Shown here piece after piece: positions 47,673 through 57,673 of a stretch of 64,000 bases of DNA. The stretch covers positions 160,001 through 224,000 of the forward strand of contig JAWXAQ010000015.1 of NCBI GenBank assembly GCA_034439575.1. Reading direction: 5' to 3'. The stretch comes from Leptospira sp. GTDB taxonomy: Bacteria; Spirochaetota; Leptospiria; Leptospirales; Leptospiraceae. Position numbers and translations under genes: made by a program. Positions within the stretch are counted from its first letter, which is position 1. Every line of letters starts with the position of its first letter. The notes under the pieces are model-generated. The model saw only the letters and a program-made list of their open reading frames with translations. It made no database searches and was not told where the DNA came from.

Positions 47673-50600
47673 ATGATTTCATTTTCTGGCTACCATATCC
47701 GTAAGCGGATGAATGCTGAAGGTTCACCTTCCCAAGTTTATTTAGGCGTATCAAATGATGACGGTAAAGAAGTCGTCATTAAATTTATCTCTATCTCTGA
47801 TCCTTTACATGCAGCAATTGTTAACTTAAGAAATGAGTTTGAGATCCTCACTTATTTACATGGCCATGGTTTAGGGATTAAACCTTTTGAATTCAGAAGA
47901 TTACCTGATGGGCATGCGCTTGTCATGGATTATTTAAAAGGTTTGTTCCTTCCTGATATCGTTGCAAATAAAGATGACCACCAAATGCCACTCGGCATGT
48001 TTTATGATGTCGCCATTAGTTTAGCCGAAGACCTCGCAGAATTGCATCGCCACAAAGTGATGCATAAAGATATCAAGCCAGATAATATTATTTATTTTCC
48101 AGAAACTAACAAAGCAAAGTTGATAGACTTTGGTATTTCAACTAGACTTTCCAAAGAAGAAAGTGGTTTTTATGCACCTAACCAATTAGAAGGTTCAGTC
48201 CAATACATTTCTCCAGAACAAACGGGAAGGATGAACAGGTCAGTCGACTATAGGACGGATTTTTATTCCTTGGGTATTTTATTTTTTGAATTAGCCGCAG
48301 GTCAATTGCCTTTCAAAGGCTCTGATTTAATGGAAATCATTCACTCTCATATTGCGAAGCCGCCAAAAAATCCAACGGACATAAACTCAAAAATACCTGC
48401 TTCCCTCAATGCTATCATCTTAAAGTTATTAGAAAAAAATGCAGAAAATCGTTATCAAACTTCTTATGGATTAAAATTCGATTTAGAAAAATCCCAAAAA
48501 CTTTTCAAAGATGGCAAACTAGACGAATCATTCCCGTTAGGTGCTAGAGACTTCTCAGAAGAATTTCGTATACCTCAAAAACTTTATGGTCGTGAAGAAG
48601 AACTCAAACAGCTACTTTCTTCCTTTAATAAAGTTGGACTTGAAGGTACAACTGAAGTTGTATTGATTGGTGGCTATTCTGGTGTTGGTAAATCATCACT
48701 CGTCAAAGAAGTTCAAAAACCGATCACTGCTCTTCGTGGTTATTTTTTAACCGGCAAATACGACCAGTATAATCGTAGCGAACCATTTAGTGCCATCTTA
48801 CAGGTATTATCCTCACTTGTTCGGATGATCTTAACTGAACCTCCCGAATCAATTGCAAGATGGAAAGAAAGAATTCTTTCGGCATTAGGTAGCAATGGTA
48901 AGGTGATAACTGACATTTTACCTGATTTGATTCATATTGTTGGAGAACAAAAAAGCGTAGCCGAAATGGGAGCTAGTGAAAACGCAAACCGTTTTTACGC
49001 TGTGTTTTTAGAATTCATTCGAGTGTTTGCTGATCGTGAACATCCACTCGCCATCTTTTTGGATGATATGCAGTGGGCGGATTCTGCATCCTTACAACTT
49101 CTCCGAACACTTTTAGATGATAGATCAACTGGTTCACTATTTATCATGTTAGCATACAGAGATAATGAAACAGATGCGAATCATCCATTTACTTTACTTA
49201 TTGAAGATATCAAAAAAGAAAGTGGATCTCTACCTTCTATCATACTTAAACCACTTTCAAATGCGAATGTTGCCGAATTATTAAGTGACTCACTATATAC
49301 CCCAAAGGCCAATGTACAGCCATTAGCTGATCTTCTCGCTTCAAAAACAGGCGGAAATCCATTTTTCATTACTGAACTACTCAAACAATTAATCCGAAAA
49401 GATTTGATACGTTTCGATGGCTCTGCGGGTTCAGAAGGCCAAGGTGCTTGGATTTGGGATCTCGCCAAGATCAAAGAAGCTGCCATCTCAGACAATGTCG
49501 TCGAGTTGTTATTACAAAGGATGCGTTCTCTTCCCAAAGAAAGCCAAGATTTGCTCCGAACAGCATCAAGTATCGGTAACCAATTTGACCTCTATACACT
49601 AGCTCAAATCACTCATTACAGTTATAGCGAAATAGTAAAGTTAGTTGGTGATACAGTCAGAGAAGAACTTTTCATTCCGCTTGGCGATGATTATCGCAAA
49701 ATTGATTCACTCGGAAATGAAGATAATGATGAAAATAAAAATACTGCCATTTCCATCCGTCTCAGGTTCCAACATGACCGTGTTCAACAAGCTGGTTATG
49801 AATTGTTATCTGCGGATGAAAGACCAAAACTCCATCTTGCGATCGCCAAAGTATTATTAGCCTCCACTTCCAAAGAACAACTCGAAGAGAAAATTTTTGA
49901 TATAGTTGGACATTGCAATAAAAGTGTCAAAGCGACAACCAACAAGGATGATTATCGTCAATTTTTAGACTTGAATTTGACTGCCGCCAAACGTGCCAGA
50001 AGTGCGGCCGCTTATTCTCCATGTCTAGATTATCTCAAAACAGCTGAACTTCTTTTGAATCTTATTTATCCCGACGATAATAAAGTTTGGAGCGCAGAAT
50101 ATGAACTTGCGTATGATTTGTATCGAGGATTAGCGGAAGCTGAATACCTAAATGGAAATTTTGAAGCCTCAGAGAAACTCATTTCAAATATTCTCAAACA
50201 TGTTAAAACTCCATTAGAGAAAGCAGAAACATATAAAATCTTAATTATCCAATATTCACTAAAAGCAGCTTACAAAGAATCAGTGGATGCTGGACTAGAT
50301 GCACTTAGCCTACTTGGGATCAATATTTCCAAAGAAAATGTGGATGAAGCGATTGGCAAAGAAGTAGCCAGAATCAAAGAACTTTCTGAAGGTAAAATCA
50401 CTGAATCACTGATTGATGCACCTTTGATGGAAAATACGGAGATGAAGGTTGCTGTGACTCTCCTAACAGACCTTATGAGTCCATGTTGGAATTCCTATCC
50501 AAACATGTTTCCATTGTTAGTTTTTCGAACTGTAAATCTTTATTTGGAACATGGTTTAAATCCAGTTTCATATGGTTATTCTTGTTATGGTATCATTCTT

Positions 50601-53027
50601 GGAAGTGGATTTGGCCAATTCAAAGATGGTGATGATTATGGAACTCTTGCCTTCCGTATCGCAGAAAAATTTCAATCCAAGTCTGACTTGACAAAAGCGG
50701 CTAACGTTCTTGGTAATTTTACAAGTCCTTGGGTTCGTCACGTTAAACATTCGGAAGAAATAAATAGACAAGGTCTAGAAGCATCATTAGAATCCGGGGA
50801 ATTCCAACACGGGTCTCTTGGGGCAATGAACACACCTGTTTGTTTATTTTTCCAAGGAAAACAACTTTCCGAATTCACAAATGATATCAATAGACTTTTA
50901 TCCTTCGGCAAAAAAGTAAAGAGTATCCTAGCAACCGACACGGTAATGGCGTTTGACCTGATCGTAAATAACTTACGTGGTCTCACCCCTGCCGCATTAG
51001 AATTTAGAAATGCTACAATCACAGAAGAAGAGTATTTAAAAACTTGTGAAGAACACAAAGGTTTGTATTCCATCACACTTTATAATATTCTAAAAGCCCA
51101 AGCTTTATATATTTATGAAGAACCAGAAGAGGCGCTTAGGTTATTAGAGGAAGCAAACAAAAATATCGTTTTCCTATTTGGCCTCGTAAGCAATGCAGAG
51201 TTGAACTTTTTTATATCTTTATGTTTGTCTAGTTTGTACAAAATCAAATCAACAAGCGAAAGAAAAGAGATCATCGTCCGCATCAAAGCAAATCAAAAAC
51301 AGATGAAAATCTGGGCTCAAAATTCTCCTGAAAACTTCTATCACAAATTTCTTCTCATAGAAGCAGAACTTGCTAGATTAGAATACAAAAACTGGAAAGC
51401 TGCAAAGTTATATGACCAAGCAGTAACTGAAGCTCGCGCAGGTGAATTCGTCCAAATGGAAGCGATCATTTCCGAAGTTTCTGCTAGGTTTTGGTTATCA
51501 AAAAAGAATGATCGTAATGTAGCCGAATACTATACCGACGCATACAAGTTATACGAACAATGGGGTGCCACACGCAAGTGTACTGAATTAAAAGAACGAT
51601 ATCCTGATTATATCATTGAAAATCGCCAATTCACTGGCTCCAAAAATTTTGCACTTACCATTTCTGCAACGACCACAGATATTTATTCTGGTCAATCTCT
51701 TGACTTACAATCAGTAGTTAAAAGCTCTGTAGCCATTTCTGGAGAAATTCAATTCGAAAGTTTGATTACAAAATTGATGTCCATCATGATGGAAAATGCG
51801 GGCGCCGAAAAAGGTGTACTGCTTTTACGCGACGGCGAAGGGTTGTTTGTCGAAGCTGAACATTCCGTAGGAAAAGGCGAGATGCGAACTTTGATGCACG
51901 AACCGTTAGAAACATTTATGAATGTTCCACGTTCGGTGATCTATTTTACCGAACGAACTCGTGAGATTTTGGTATTAAACTGTGCGACCAAAGACACTCG
52001 ATTTGCCATTGATAAGTATGTCCAAGAAAACCAAATTAAATCTGTATTTTGCGTTCCGATTTTAAAGCAAGGTGCCTTGTCGGGTATCCTCTATTTAGAA
52101 AACAATTTATCGGAAGGAGCCTTTACACCAGAAAGGCTTCAAACCATTGGCTTACTCAGTTCACAAGCGGCGATCTCCCTCGACAATGCCCTACTCTACC
52201 AAAGTTTGGAAGAAAAAGTTCGTGATCGTACACAAGAGTTAGCTCATGCTAACGATGAATTGGCGGAGAAAAACAAACATATCACAGAATCGATCACTTA
52301 TTCACTTAACATTCAACAAGCGATGTTACCTGCTATGGATGCGCTCAAACAATCATTTAACGATTACTTTGTGTTGTATATGCCAAAGGATATTGTTTCT
52401 GGAGACTTCTTTTGGCATGCCAAAAAAGATGATTGTGTGTTACTCGCTGTTGCCGATTGTACTGGTCACGGAGTTCCAGGCGCACTGATGTCGATGATTG
52501 GTATCAATTCACTTAATGCTATTGTGAATGAAAAAGGTATCACAGATCCTGCAAAAATTTTAGAAGAATTAAATATTCGTGTTCGCACTGTTTTGCGACA
52601 GGCTGAAAATGATGCTAACTCAATGGATGGTATGGATATTTGCCTAATTCGTTATACGGGAAACTCACTTCAATTTGCTGGTGCGAAACGTCCACTTTAC
52701 ATCTATGGGCCAGAAGGTTATAGAGAGTATAAGGGTGATAAGTCTTCCATTGGGGGAAGACAAAAAGAAGAATTGAGAACCTATACAACTCATGAGATAT
52801 CGTATACACCTGGTAAAACGGTTGCATATCTATCCACTGACGGATATACTGATCAATCAAATACGGAACGAGTTCGAGTATCGACAAAGAATTTTTTGAA
52901 AATTGCGGAAGAGAATCTTTCAAAGTCAGGCGAAGCCCAAAAGGATGCCTTTTTGTCCTTTTTACGAAGTCACATGGGAACAGAACAACAAAGAGACGAT
53001 ATCACGATCGCAGGTATCGTGATTTAA
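47673..53027 (+). CDS. Multidomain Ser/Thr kinase - AAA ATPase - helical repeat region - GAF - SpoIIE/PP2C phosphatase (SiaA position)
   Basis: HKDIKPDN, DFG, YISPEQTGRMNR; Walker A GYSGVGKS, Walker B IFLDD; GAF LYLENNL..GAFT; PP2C VSGDFF, ADCTGHGVPGA, TDG and RDDIT. Confidence 0.9.
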   Translation: MISFSGYHIRKRMNAEGSPSQVYLGVSNDDGKEVVIKFISISDPLHAAIVNLRNEFEILTYLHGHGLGIKPFEFRRLPDGHALVMDYLKGLFLPDIVANKDDHQMPLGMFYDVAISLAEDLAELHRHKVMHKDIKPDNIIYFPETNKAKLIDFGISTRLSKEESGFYAPNQLEGSVQYISPEQTGRMNRSVDYRTDFYSLGILFFELAAGQLPFKGSDLMEIIHSHIAKPPKNPTDINSKIPASLNAIILKLLEKNAENRYQTSYGLKFDLEKSQKLFKDGKLDESFPLGARDFSEEFRIPQKLYGREEELKQLLSSFNKVGLEGTTEVVLIGGYSGVGKSSLVKEVQKPITALRGYFLTGKYDQYNRSEPFSAILQVLSSLVRMILTEPPESIARWKERILSALGSNGKVITDILPDLIHIVGEQKSVAEMGASENANRFYAVFLEFIRVFADREHPLAIFLDDMQWADSASLQLLRTLLDDRSTGSLFIMLAYRDNETDANHPFTLLIEDIKKESGSLPSIILKPLSNANVAELLSDSLYTPKANVQPLADLLASKTGGNPFFITELLKQLIRKDLIRFDGSAGSEGQGAWIWDLAKIKEAAISDNVVELLLQRMRSLPKESQDLLRTASSIGNQFDLYTLAQITHYSYSEIVKLVGDTVREELFIPLGDDYRKIDSLGNEDNDENKNTAISIRLRFQHDRVQQAGYELLSADERPKLHLAIAKVLLASTSKEQLEEKIFDIVGHCNKSVKATTNKDDYRQFLDLNLTAAKRARSAAAYSPCLDYLKTAELLLNLIYPDDNKVWSAEYELAYDLYRGLAEAEYLNGNFEASEKLISNILKHVKTPLEKAETYKILIIQYSLKAAYKESVDAGLDALSLLGINISKENVDEAIGKEVARIKELSEGKITESLIDAPLMENTEMKVAVTLLTDLMSPCWNSYPNMFPLLVFRTVNLYLEHGLNPVSYGYSCYGIILGSGFGQFKDGDDYGTLAFRIAEKFQSKSDLTKAANVLGNFTSPWVRHVKHSEEINRQGLEASLESGEFQHGSLGAMNTPVCLFFQGKQLSEFTNDINRLLSFGKKVKSILATDTVMAFDLIVNNLRGLTPAALEFRNATITEEEYLKTCEEHKGLYSITLYNILKAQALYIYEEPEEALRLLEEANKNIVFLFGLVSNAELNFFISLCLSSLYKIKSTSERKEIIVRIKANQKQMKIWAQNSPENFYHKFLLIEAELARLEYKNWKAAKLYDQAVTEARAGEFVQMEAIISEVSARFWLSKKNDRNVAEYYTDAYKLYEQWGATRKCTELKERYPDYIIENRQFTGSKNFALTISATTTDIYSGQSLDLQSVVKSSVAISGEIQFESLITKLMSIMMENAGAEKGVLLLRDGEGLFVEAEHSVGKGEMRTLMHEPLETFMNVPRSVIYFTERTREILVLNCATKDTRFAIDKYVQENQIKSVFCVPILKQGALSGILYLENNLSEGAFTPERLQTIGLLSSQAAISLDNALLYQSLEEKVRDRTQELAHANDELAEKNKHITESITYSLNIQQAMLPAMDALKQSFNDYFVLYMPKDIVSGDFFWHAKKDDCVLLAVADCTGHGVPGALMSMIGINSLNAIVNEKGITDPAKILEELNIRVRTVLRQAENDANSMDGMDICLIRYTGNSLQFAGAKRPLYIYGPEGYREYKGDKSSIGGRQKEELRTYTTHEISYTPGKTVAYLSTDGYTDQSNTERVRVSTKNFLKIAEENLSKSGEAQKDAFLSFLRSHMGTEQQRDDITIAGIVI

Positions 53028-53071
53028 CAAAGATGATAGTATGATATTAGAGGAGAAATGTTAAAAATTAT

Positions 53072-53623
53072 ATGCAAAAAATGGATATCTTAACCTACGA
53101 ACAGTACAAAACCATGTCGGATCACCGACTCCTGATTCACTTTAAGGGTGCTCTATACCAAGACATCCTTACAGAATTAGGCAGTATTATACAGACCTCG
53201 ATGAAGGGTGAAACTAAAATTAAGAAGATTTTTGCCGTTTTTGTCGAACTTGCTCAGAATATTCTTCATTATTCTCTTGAAAGGATAGCGAATCCTGACG
53301 AATCTACATCTGGAGTCGGTATGATTGTGGTGACGGAAAGACCAGAAGGATATTATGTCAGTTCTGGAAATTATATTTCGTCAGATAAAATCACGGGAAT
53401 TGAGGAAAAGATCAAATTTATAAATGAGCTCTCTCCCGAGGAAAAAAAATCATACTACACAAAACAATTGCGCTCCGATCGACCAGACGATAGTAAAGGT
53501 GCTGGAGTTGGGCTTATCGACATTGCTCGAAAGTCTGATGCACCGCTTGAGTATTCGATCGAAAATGTTCCAGAAGGGAAATCCTTCTTTACATTAACCG
53601 CATTTTTCAAGAAGGAAGATTAA
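53072..53623 (+). CDS. siaB: SiaB family protein kinase
   Basis: FVELAQNILHYS, SGN and SKGAGVGLIDIARKS; directly upstream of a SiaC-like gene. Confidence 0.88.
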   Translation: MQKMDILTYEQYKTMSDHRLLIHFKGALYQDILTELGSIIQTSMKGETKIKKIFAVFVELAQNILHYSLERIANPDESTSGVGMIVVTERPEGYYVSSGNYISSDKITGIEEKIKFINELSPEEKKSYYTKQLRSDRPDDSKGAGVGLIDIARKSDAPLEYSIENVPEGKSFFTLTAFFKKED

Positions 53624-53626
53624 TCA

Positions 53627-54001
53627 ATGGAAACGATTCGCATCGCAAGTACAAAAAATTCACCCGAAGTCACTCTCGATTTTGAGAATGGAATCGCTGA
53701 AGTCGCAGGAGAATCTTATCCTGAAAATGCCGTCAGTTTTTTTAAACCCGTTTTCGAATGGCTTAATCATACTATTTCGCAAAAGAAGCCCTTTAAGTTT
53801 TTATTTAAATTAGATTATTTTAATACTTCATCTTCTAAATGCATTATCGATATTCTGGATCTACTTCAAATTTATCATACTAACGGTGGTAAGATTAACG
53901 TCGAGTGGTACTATCGCCAAGACGACGAAGATATGAAAGATACTGGTGAAGAATTTTTAGAAGATGTAGATTTACCTCACGAACTGATTGCTTACAAATG
54001 A
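53627..54001 (+). CDS. siaC: SiaC family phosphoprotein (DUF1987)
   Basis: T..SPEV, GESYPENA..FF.PV..WL, YFNTSSSK and WYY..DDEDM...GEEF. Confidence 0.92.
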   Translation: METIRIASTKNSPEVTLDFENGIAEVAGESYPENAVSFFKPVFEWLNHTISQKKPFKFLFKLDYFNTSSSKCIIDILDLLQIYHTNGGKINVEWYYRQDDEDMKDTGEEFLEDVDLPHELIAYK

Positions 54002-55443
54002 GTGGTGTTTTCGAAGAAGAACATGAAGCCTGGAGCCAAATCCAAGAGGCTCTCAAACAACCAAACCTCAATACCTCAGAATTAAAAAATCTGGCAGATA
54101 CTATGTCTGCTAGATTTGGTAACCTTTTAAAACAAACAGAAAAACTAACAAAAGTTGGCGATTCCGCACAAAATCGATTGATGCGAATCCAAAACGAATT
54201 ACAAAATTCAAATTCAAAATTAGAAAAATCTATACGAAATCTCCACCTACTCTCTGAGTTAGGAAAAGTCATCACCTCTTCGTTAGACGCAAAGAAAATT
54301 TTATCAGAATTATATAATCAACTGAAAGATGAAATGGATCTAGATATCATTTCTGTAGGAAGTTACGACCAAGAATCAGACAGCGTAAAATATAAATTCA
54401 GTCTTAACCAAGGCAGTTATGTGCCTTCGATTTTTTTAGAAAACTTAAATGAGGACAATTATTCTTCTATTTGCATTCGCGGGAATAAAGAAGTCATTTT
54501 AGAAGATTTAAACTTAGAAACACCAGAACGTATTGCAGGCCTTCGCAAACAATGGGGAGAAGAAATTCGATCTATCGTTTTTATTCCATTAAAAGTAGAA
54601 GACAGAGTTGTGGGTGTTTTCACCATTCAAAGTCGCAATGCAAATGCTTACAATTACCAACAACTCAATATTATACGATCACTTGCAAGTTATCTTGGTA
54701 TTGGTCTAGATAACGCAGATGCATACCGTAGTTTATCTAAAAGAAACAAAGATCTAAAATCTTCTTTAGAGAAAGTTCGCTCATTAAATGAAAATTTGGC
54801 GCTCGAACGTCAAAAATCTGAGAATTTATTATTAAACATTTTGCCAGGTCCTATCGCAGAACGCCTCAAAAGTGGTGAAGAAATCATTGCAGACTTTTTT
54901 CAAGATGCTTCTGTTTTATTCGCAGATATCGCGGGTTTTACTGTCCTCAGTTCCAAGATGAATGATGCGACTAAACTAGTTTCAATATTGAATGATATTT
55001 TTCGTGATTTTGATAACATCACCCAAGAGTTTGGTTTAGAAAAAATTAAAACGATTGGTGATTGTTATATGTTAGCTGGTGGAATTCCAAATGCAGCACC
55101 TGATCACTTGGACCGCATGGCTAAAGCAGCCCTTCGTTTTTGCCATGTTTTTGAAAAAATCAAAAATGATTGGGGTCTTGATATCAATGTTCGTATTGGA
55201 ATTCATTCTGGCGAAGTAGTCGCTGGTGTGATAGGAAAGTATAAATTCGTATATGACCTCTGGGGTGATACTGTGAACATAGCTTCGCGTATGGAATCAC
55301 ATGGCCAAGTGGGCAGAGTGCATGTATCGAAAGAAGTTTACAATCGTTTGAAAGATAGTTATCATTTTGAAGCTCGTGGTGAAATTGACGTCAAAGGAAA
55401 AGGAAAGATGGAAACATGGTTCCTTGGCTCTACTAAAAATTAA
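53998..55443 (+). CDS. Coiled-coil + GAF + class III adenylate cyclase (SiaD position)
   Basis: SENLLLNILP, FADIAGFT, EKIKTIGDCYM and YDLWGDTVNIASRMES; K and D specificity residues indicate ATP. Confidence 0.9.
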   Translation: MSGVFEEEHEAWSQIQEALKQPNLNTSELKNLADTMSARFGNLLKQTEKLTKVGDSAQNRLMRIQNELQNSNSKLEKSIRNLHLLSELGKVITSSLDAKKILSELYNQLKDEMDLDIISVGSYDQESDSVKYKFSLNQGSYVPSIFLENLNEDNYSSICIRGNKEVILEDLNLETPERIAGLRKQWGEEIRSIVFIPLKVEDRVVGVFTIQSRNANAYNYQQLNIIRSLASYLGIGLDNADAYRSLSKRNKDLKSSLEKVRSLNENLALERQKSENLLLNILPGPIAERLKSGEEIIADFFQDASVLFADIAGFTVLSSKMNDATKLVSILNDIFRDFDNITQEFGLEKIKTIGDCYMLAGGIPNAAPDHLDRMAKAALRFCHVFEKIKNDWGLDINVRIGIHSGEVVAGVIGKYKFVYDLWGDTVNIASRMESHGQVGRVHVSKEVYNRLKDSYHFEARGEIDVKGKGKMETWFLGSTKN

Positions 55444-56133
55444 TTAAGTTTGAACTTTTATCCCTATTTGAATCAACCGTAATAGAGCAACTAACTGTTG
55501 CTCTATTTTTTTGACATCTTCCTCAGTTTTTGCAGATCGGATGTTCCTTTCGTTTAAGTTAGCAAAACCATGAACAGCACTCCAAACGGACATAGATAAT
55601 GTTTCTGCATCATCATCTTTTTTAAAAACCCCTCTCTCTTGCCCAAGAGCTATGATATCGTAAAGACCCATATATGCCTCGCGACCTACAATGGAAAGCT
55701 CTTCGGGAACAGGTCCTTCTAAATAAATTTCACCACTAAACATAAGTTCGGTGCGTCTTGGATTTTTCCAAGCCAATCTTATATAATTCTCACCAGCCTG
55801 ATTTAATTTTACAATAGGATCGTCACTGAGATTCCAAGCATCTCGCAAGGTATCTCTCAATTCTTTGAAACCCAGGGAAGTGATGGCATAAAGAAGATCT
55901 ATTTTCTTAGGAAAATGGCGGTATGGTGCCGTATGACTCACACCAATAGCTGCCGCGACATCACGTAAACTAAGATTATAAACACCGCGTGCCTCCAAAA
56001 ATTCGCAAGATTTAATTAAAACTAGATTTCGAAGGTCCCCATGATGATAATTTGCCTCTATTAATTGTCCTTTGGATTTTGCCTTTTTTGTTTGAGAGAT
56101 TAGGGATTTTTTTTTAGTAATATTTTTTTTCAT
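55444..56133 (-). CDS. TetR family regulator (WHG-type)
   Basis: YHHGDLR, LSLRDVA..IGVSHTAPYRHF and WSAVHG. Confidence 0.92.
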   Translation of the reverse strand: MKKNITKKKSLISQTKKAKSKGQLIEANYHHGDLRNLVLIKSCEFLEARGVYNLSLRDVAAAIGVSHTAPYRHFPKKIDLLYAITSLGFKELRDTLRDAWNLSDDPIVKLNQAGENYIRLAWKNPRRTELMFSGEIYLEGPVPEELSIVGREAYMGLYDIIALGQERGVFKKDDDAETLSMSVWSAVHGFANLNERNIRSAKTEEDVKKIEQQLVALLRLIQIGIKVQT

Positions 56134-56137
56134 TCTA

Positions 56138-56226
56138 TATATACACTGTATACATTATTTGTTGACAATGGAAACATCTATGTTTACACTGTATATAAAG
56201 TAAATTTTCATTTCCGGCGATGTCAA
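56138..56226. promoter_or_regulatory. Three 17-bp palindromic operators overlapping divergent sigma70 promoters
   Basis: TATATACACTGTATACA (56138), TGTTGACAATGGAAACA (56160) and TGTTTACACTGTATATA (56181). Plus strand TTGACA(56162)-N17-TACACT(56185); minus strand TTGACA(56226-56221)-N18-TACTTT. Confidence 0.75.
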
Positions 56227-56271
56227 TCCAAATTCATAACAGGAAATTAAAGCCGAACCTAAGGAGTCTAT

Positions 56272-57234
56272 ATGCGTATTTTAAATTTTCCCCCTTTAAG
56301 TGATCCAAGATCGGCCAATTATTGGAATCTGATTTTTATGTTCATTTTCACATGTATTCTGATACCACTCAATCTTTTTGATCAGAGCCTTATTTCTGGT
56401 GCCCCAAAATGGATCAAACCATTGAAGTTTTCTATGTCAATCGGTCTCTACTCCATCACATTTCTTTGGATACTCCAATTTATGAATCTGAAAGACAAAT
56501 GGTTAACAAGAATTTCTTGGACGATTACAATCACACTGATCATAGAAATGATAGCCATTTTCGGTCAAGTGGTGAGAGGTGAGGCGAGTCATTTCAATAT
56601 ATCCTCTCCGCTAAATGGATTTATTTTTTCGATCATGGGTACAAGTATAGGAATTATGTGGTTTGCCCATCTAAGTGTAGGTATTTACATATTTCGCCTA
56701 AAGAAGATTAACTCATACCTTAGAGAATCATTGTTATGGGGGATTTGTATTTCTGCATATGGAATGATAATCGGTTTTTTTATGACAGTACCAAGACCAG
56801 AACAAATTGAACTTATGCAACAAGGAATCATGCAAGTGAATGGAGGCCACAGCTTTGGTGCGCCAGACGGGGGTGTAGGTGTTTTATTTTTGGGATGGAG
56901 TACTGTTGCGGGTGATATGCGAGTTCCGCATTTTTTTGGAATGCATGCGATCCAATTTTTTTCTATCCTATCAATTTTCAAATTAGGACTAAAACCCGAA
57001 ACTTCAATAGAAAAAATAAATCGAACAGGCCTTAGATTCATGGCCATGGCTTGGTTTGCCATATCCATACTTATGACCATCCAAGCATTAAATGGTGAAT
57101 CAATATTTAGAACCAGTCAGAATTTTCTAATTGGGTATATAATATCTGGAATCATTGGTATTATTGGAATGGTTTTAAATACTCAAAAATTCAATTTTTT
57201 CTTAAATTCAAATAACAAAACAAAGGTGGCATAA
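56272..57234 (+). CDS. Conserved multi-pass membrane protein
   Basis: WIKPLKF, RG..SHFN, GGH.FG.PDGG and GW...GDMRVPHFFGMHA.Q; adjacent to an ABA4-like gene. Confidence 0.75.
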   Translation: MRILNFPPLSDPRSANYWNLIFMFIFTCILIPLNLFDQSLISGAPKWIKPLKFSMSIGLYSITFLWILQFMNLKDKWLTRISWTITITLIIEMIAIFGQVVRGEASHFNISSPLNGFIFSIMGTSIGIMWFAHLSVGIYIFRLKKINSYLRESLLWGICISAYGMIIGFFMTVPRPEQIELMQQGIMQVNGGHSFGAPDGGVGVLFLGWSTVAGDMRVPHFFGMHAIQFFSILSIFKLGLKPETSIEKINRTGLRFMAMAWFAISILMTIQALNGESIFRTSQNFLIGYIISGIIGIIGMVLNTQKFNFFLNSNNKTKVA

Positions 57235-57235
57235 A

Positions 57236-57673
57236 ATGAATGCATCACAAATTTTTCAAATCGTAAATCCATTAGCTGGAATGGCATGGATACTTCTAAT
57301 TGTCATTCCAAATTGGAAGTATACAAAATTGATAACTTCTGTTATCTTACCTGCATTAATTTTTGCAGGGATTTATGTTTTTTCCTTGGGCCTTTCTTTT
57401 GGTCATTCTGAAGGCGGATTTGGTAGTTTGGAAGAAGTTCGAAGTTTATTCGCGAACGACAACGCATTACTTGCCGGTTGGATTCACTACCTAGCTTTTG
57501 ATTTATTTGTAGGAACTTGGGAGATGGAAGACTCTCAAAAGAATGGTATCTCAAGATTTATTGTCGCCCCATGTATGTTTTTAACATTTATGTTTGGTCC
57601 GACAGGTCTATTGTGTTATACGGTGATCAAATTGATAATAAAAAAAAATCTATCATCCTCCATAAACGTCTAG
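57236..57673 (+). CDS. ABA4-like (DUF4281) membrane protein
   Basis: GFGSL.EV..LF, LAGWIHYLAFDLFVG and LTFMFGPTGLL. Confidence 0.88.
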   Translation: MNASQIFQIVNPLAGMAWILLIVIPNWKYTKLITSVILPALIFAGIYVFSLGLSFGHSEGGFGSLEEVRSLFANDNALLAGWIHYLAFDLFVGTWEMEDSQKNGISRFIVAPCMFLTFMFGPTGLLCYTVIKLIIKKNLSSSINV

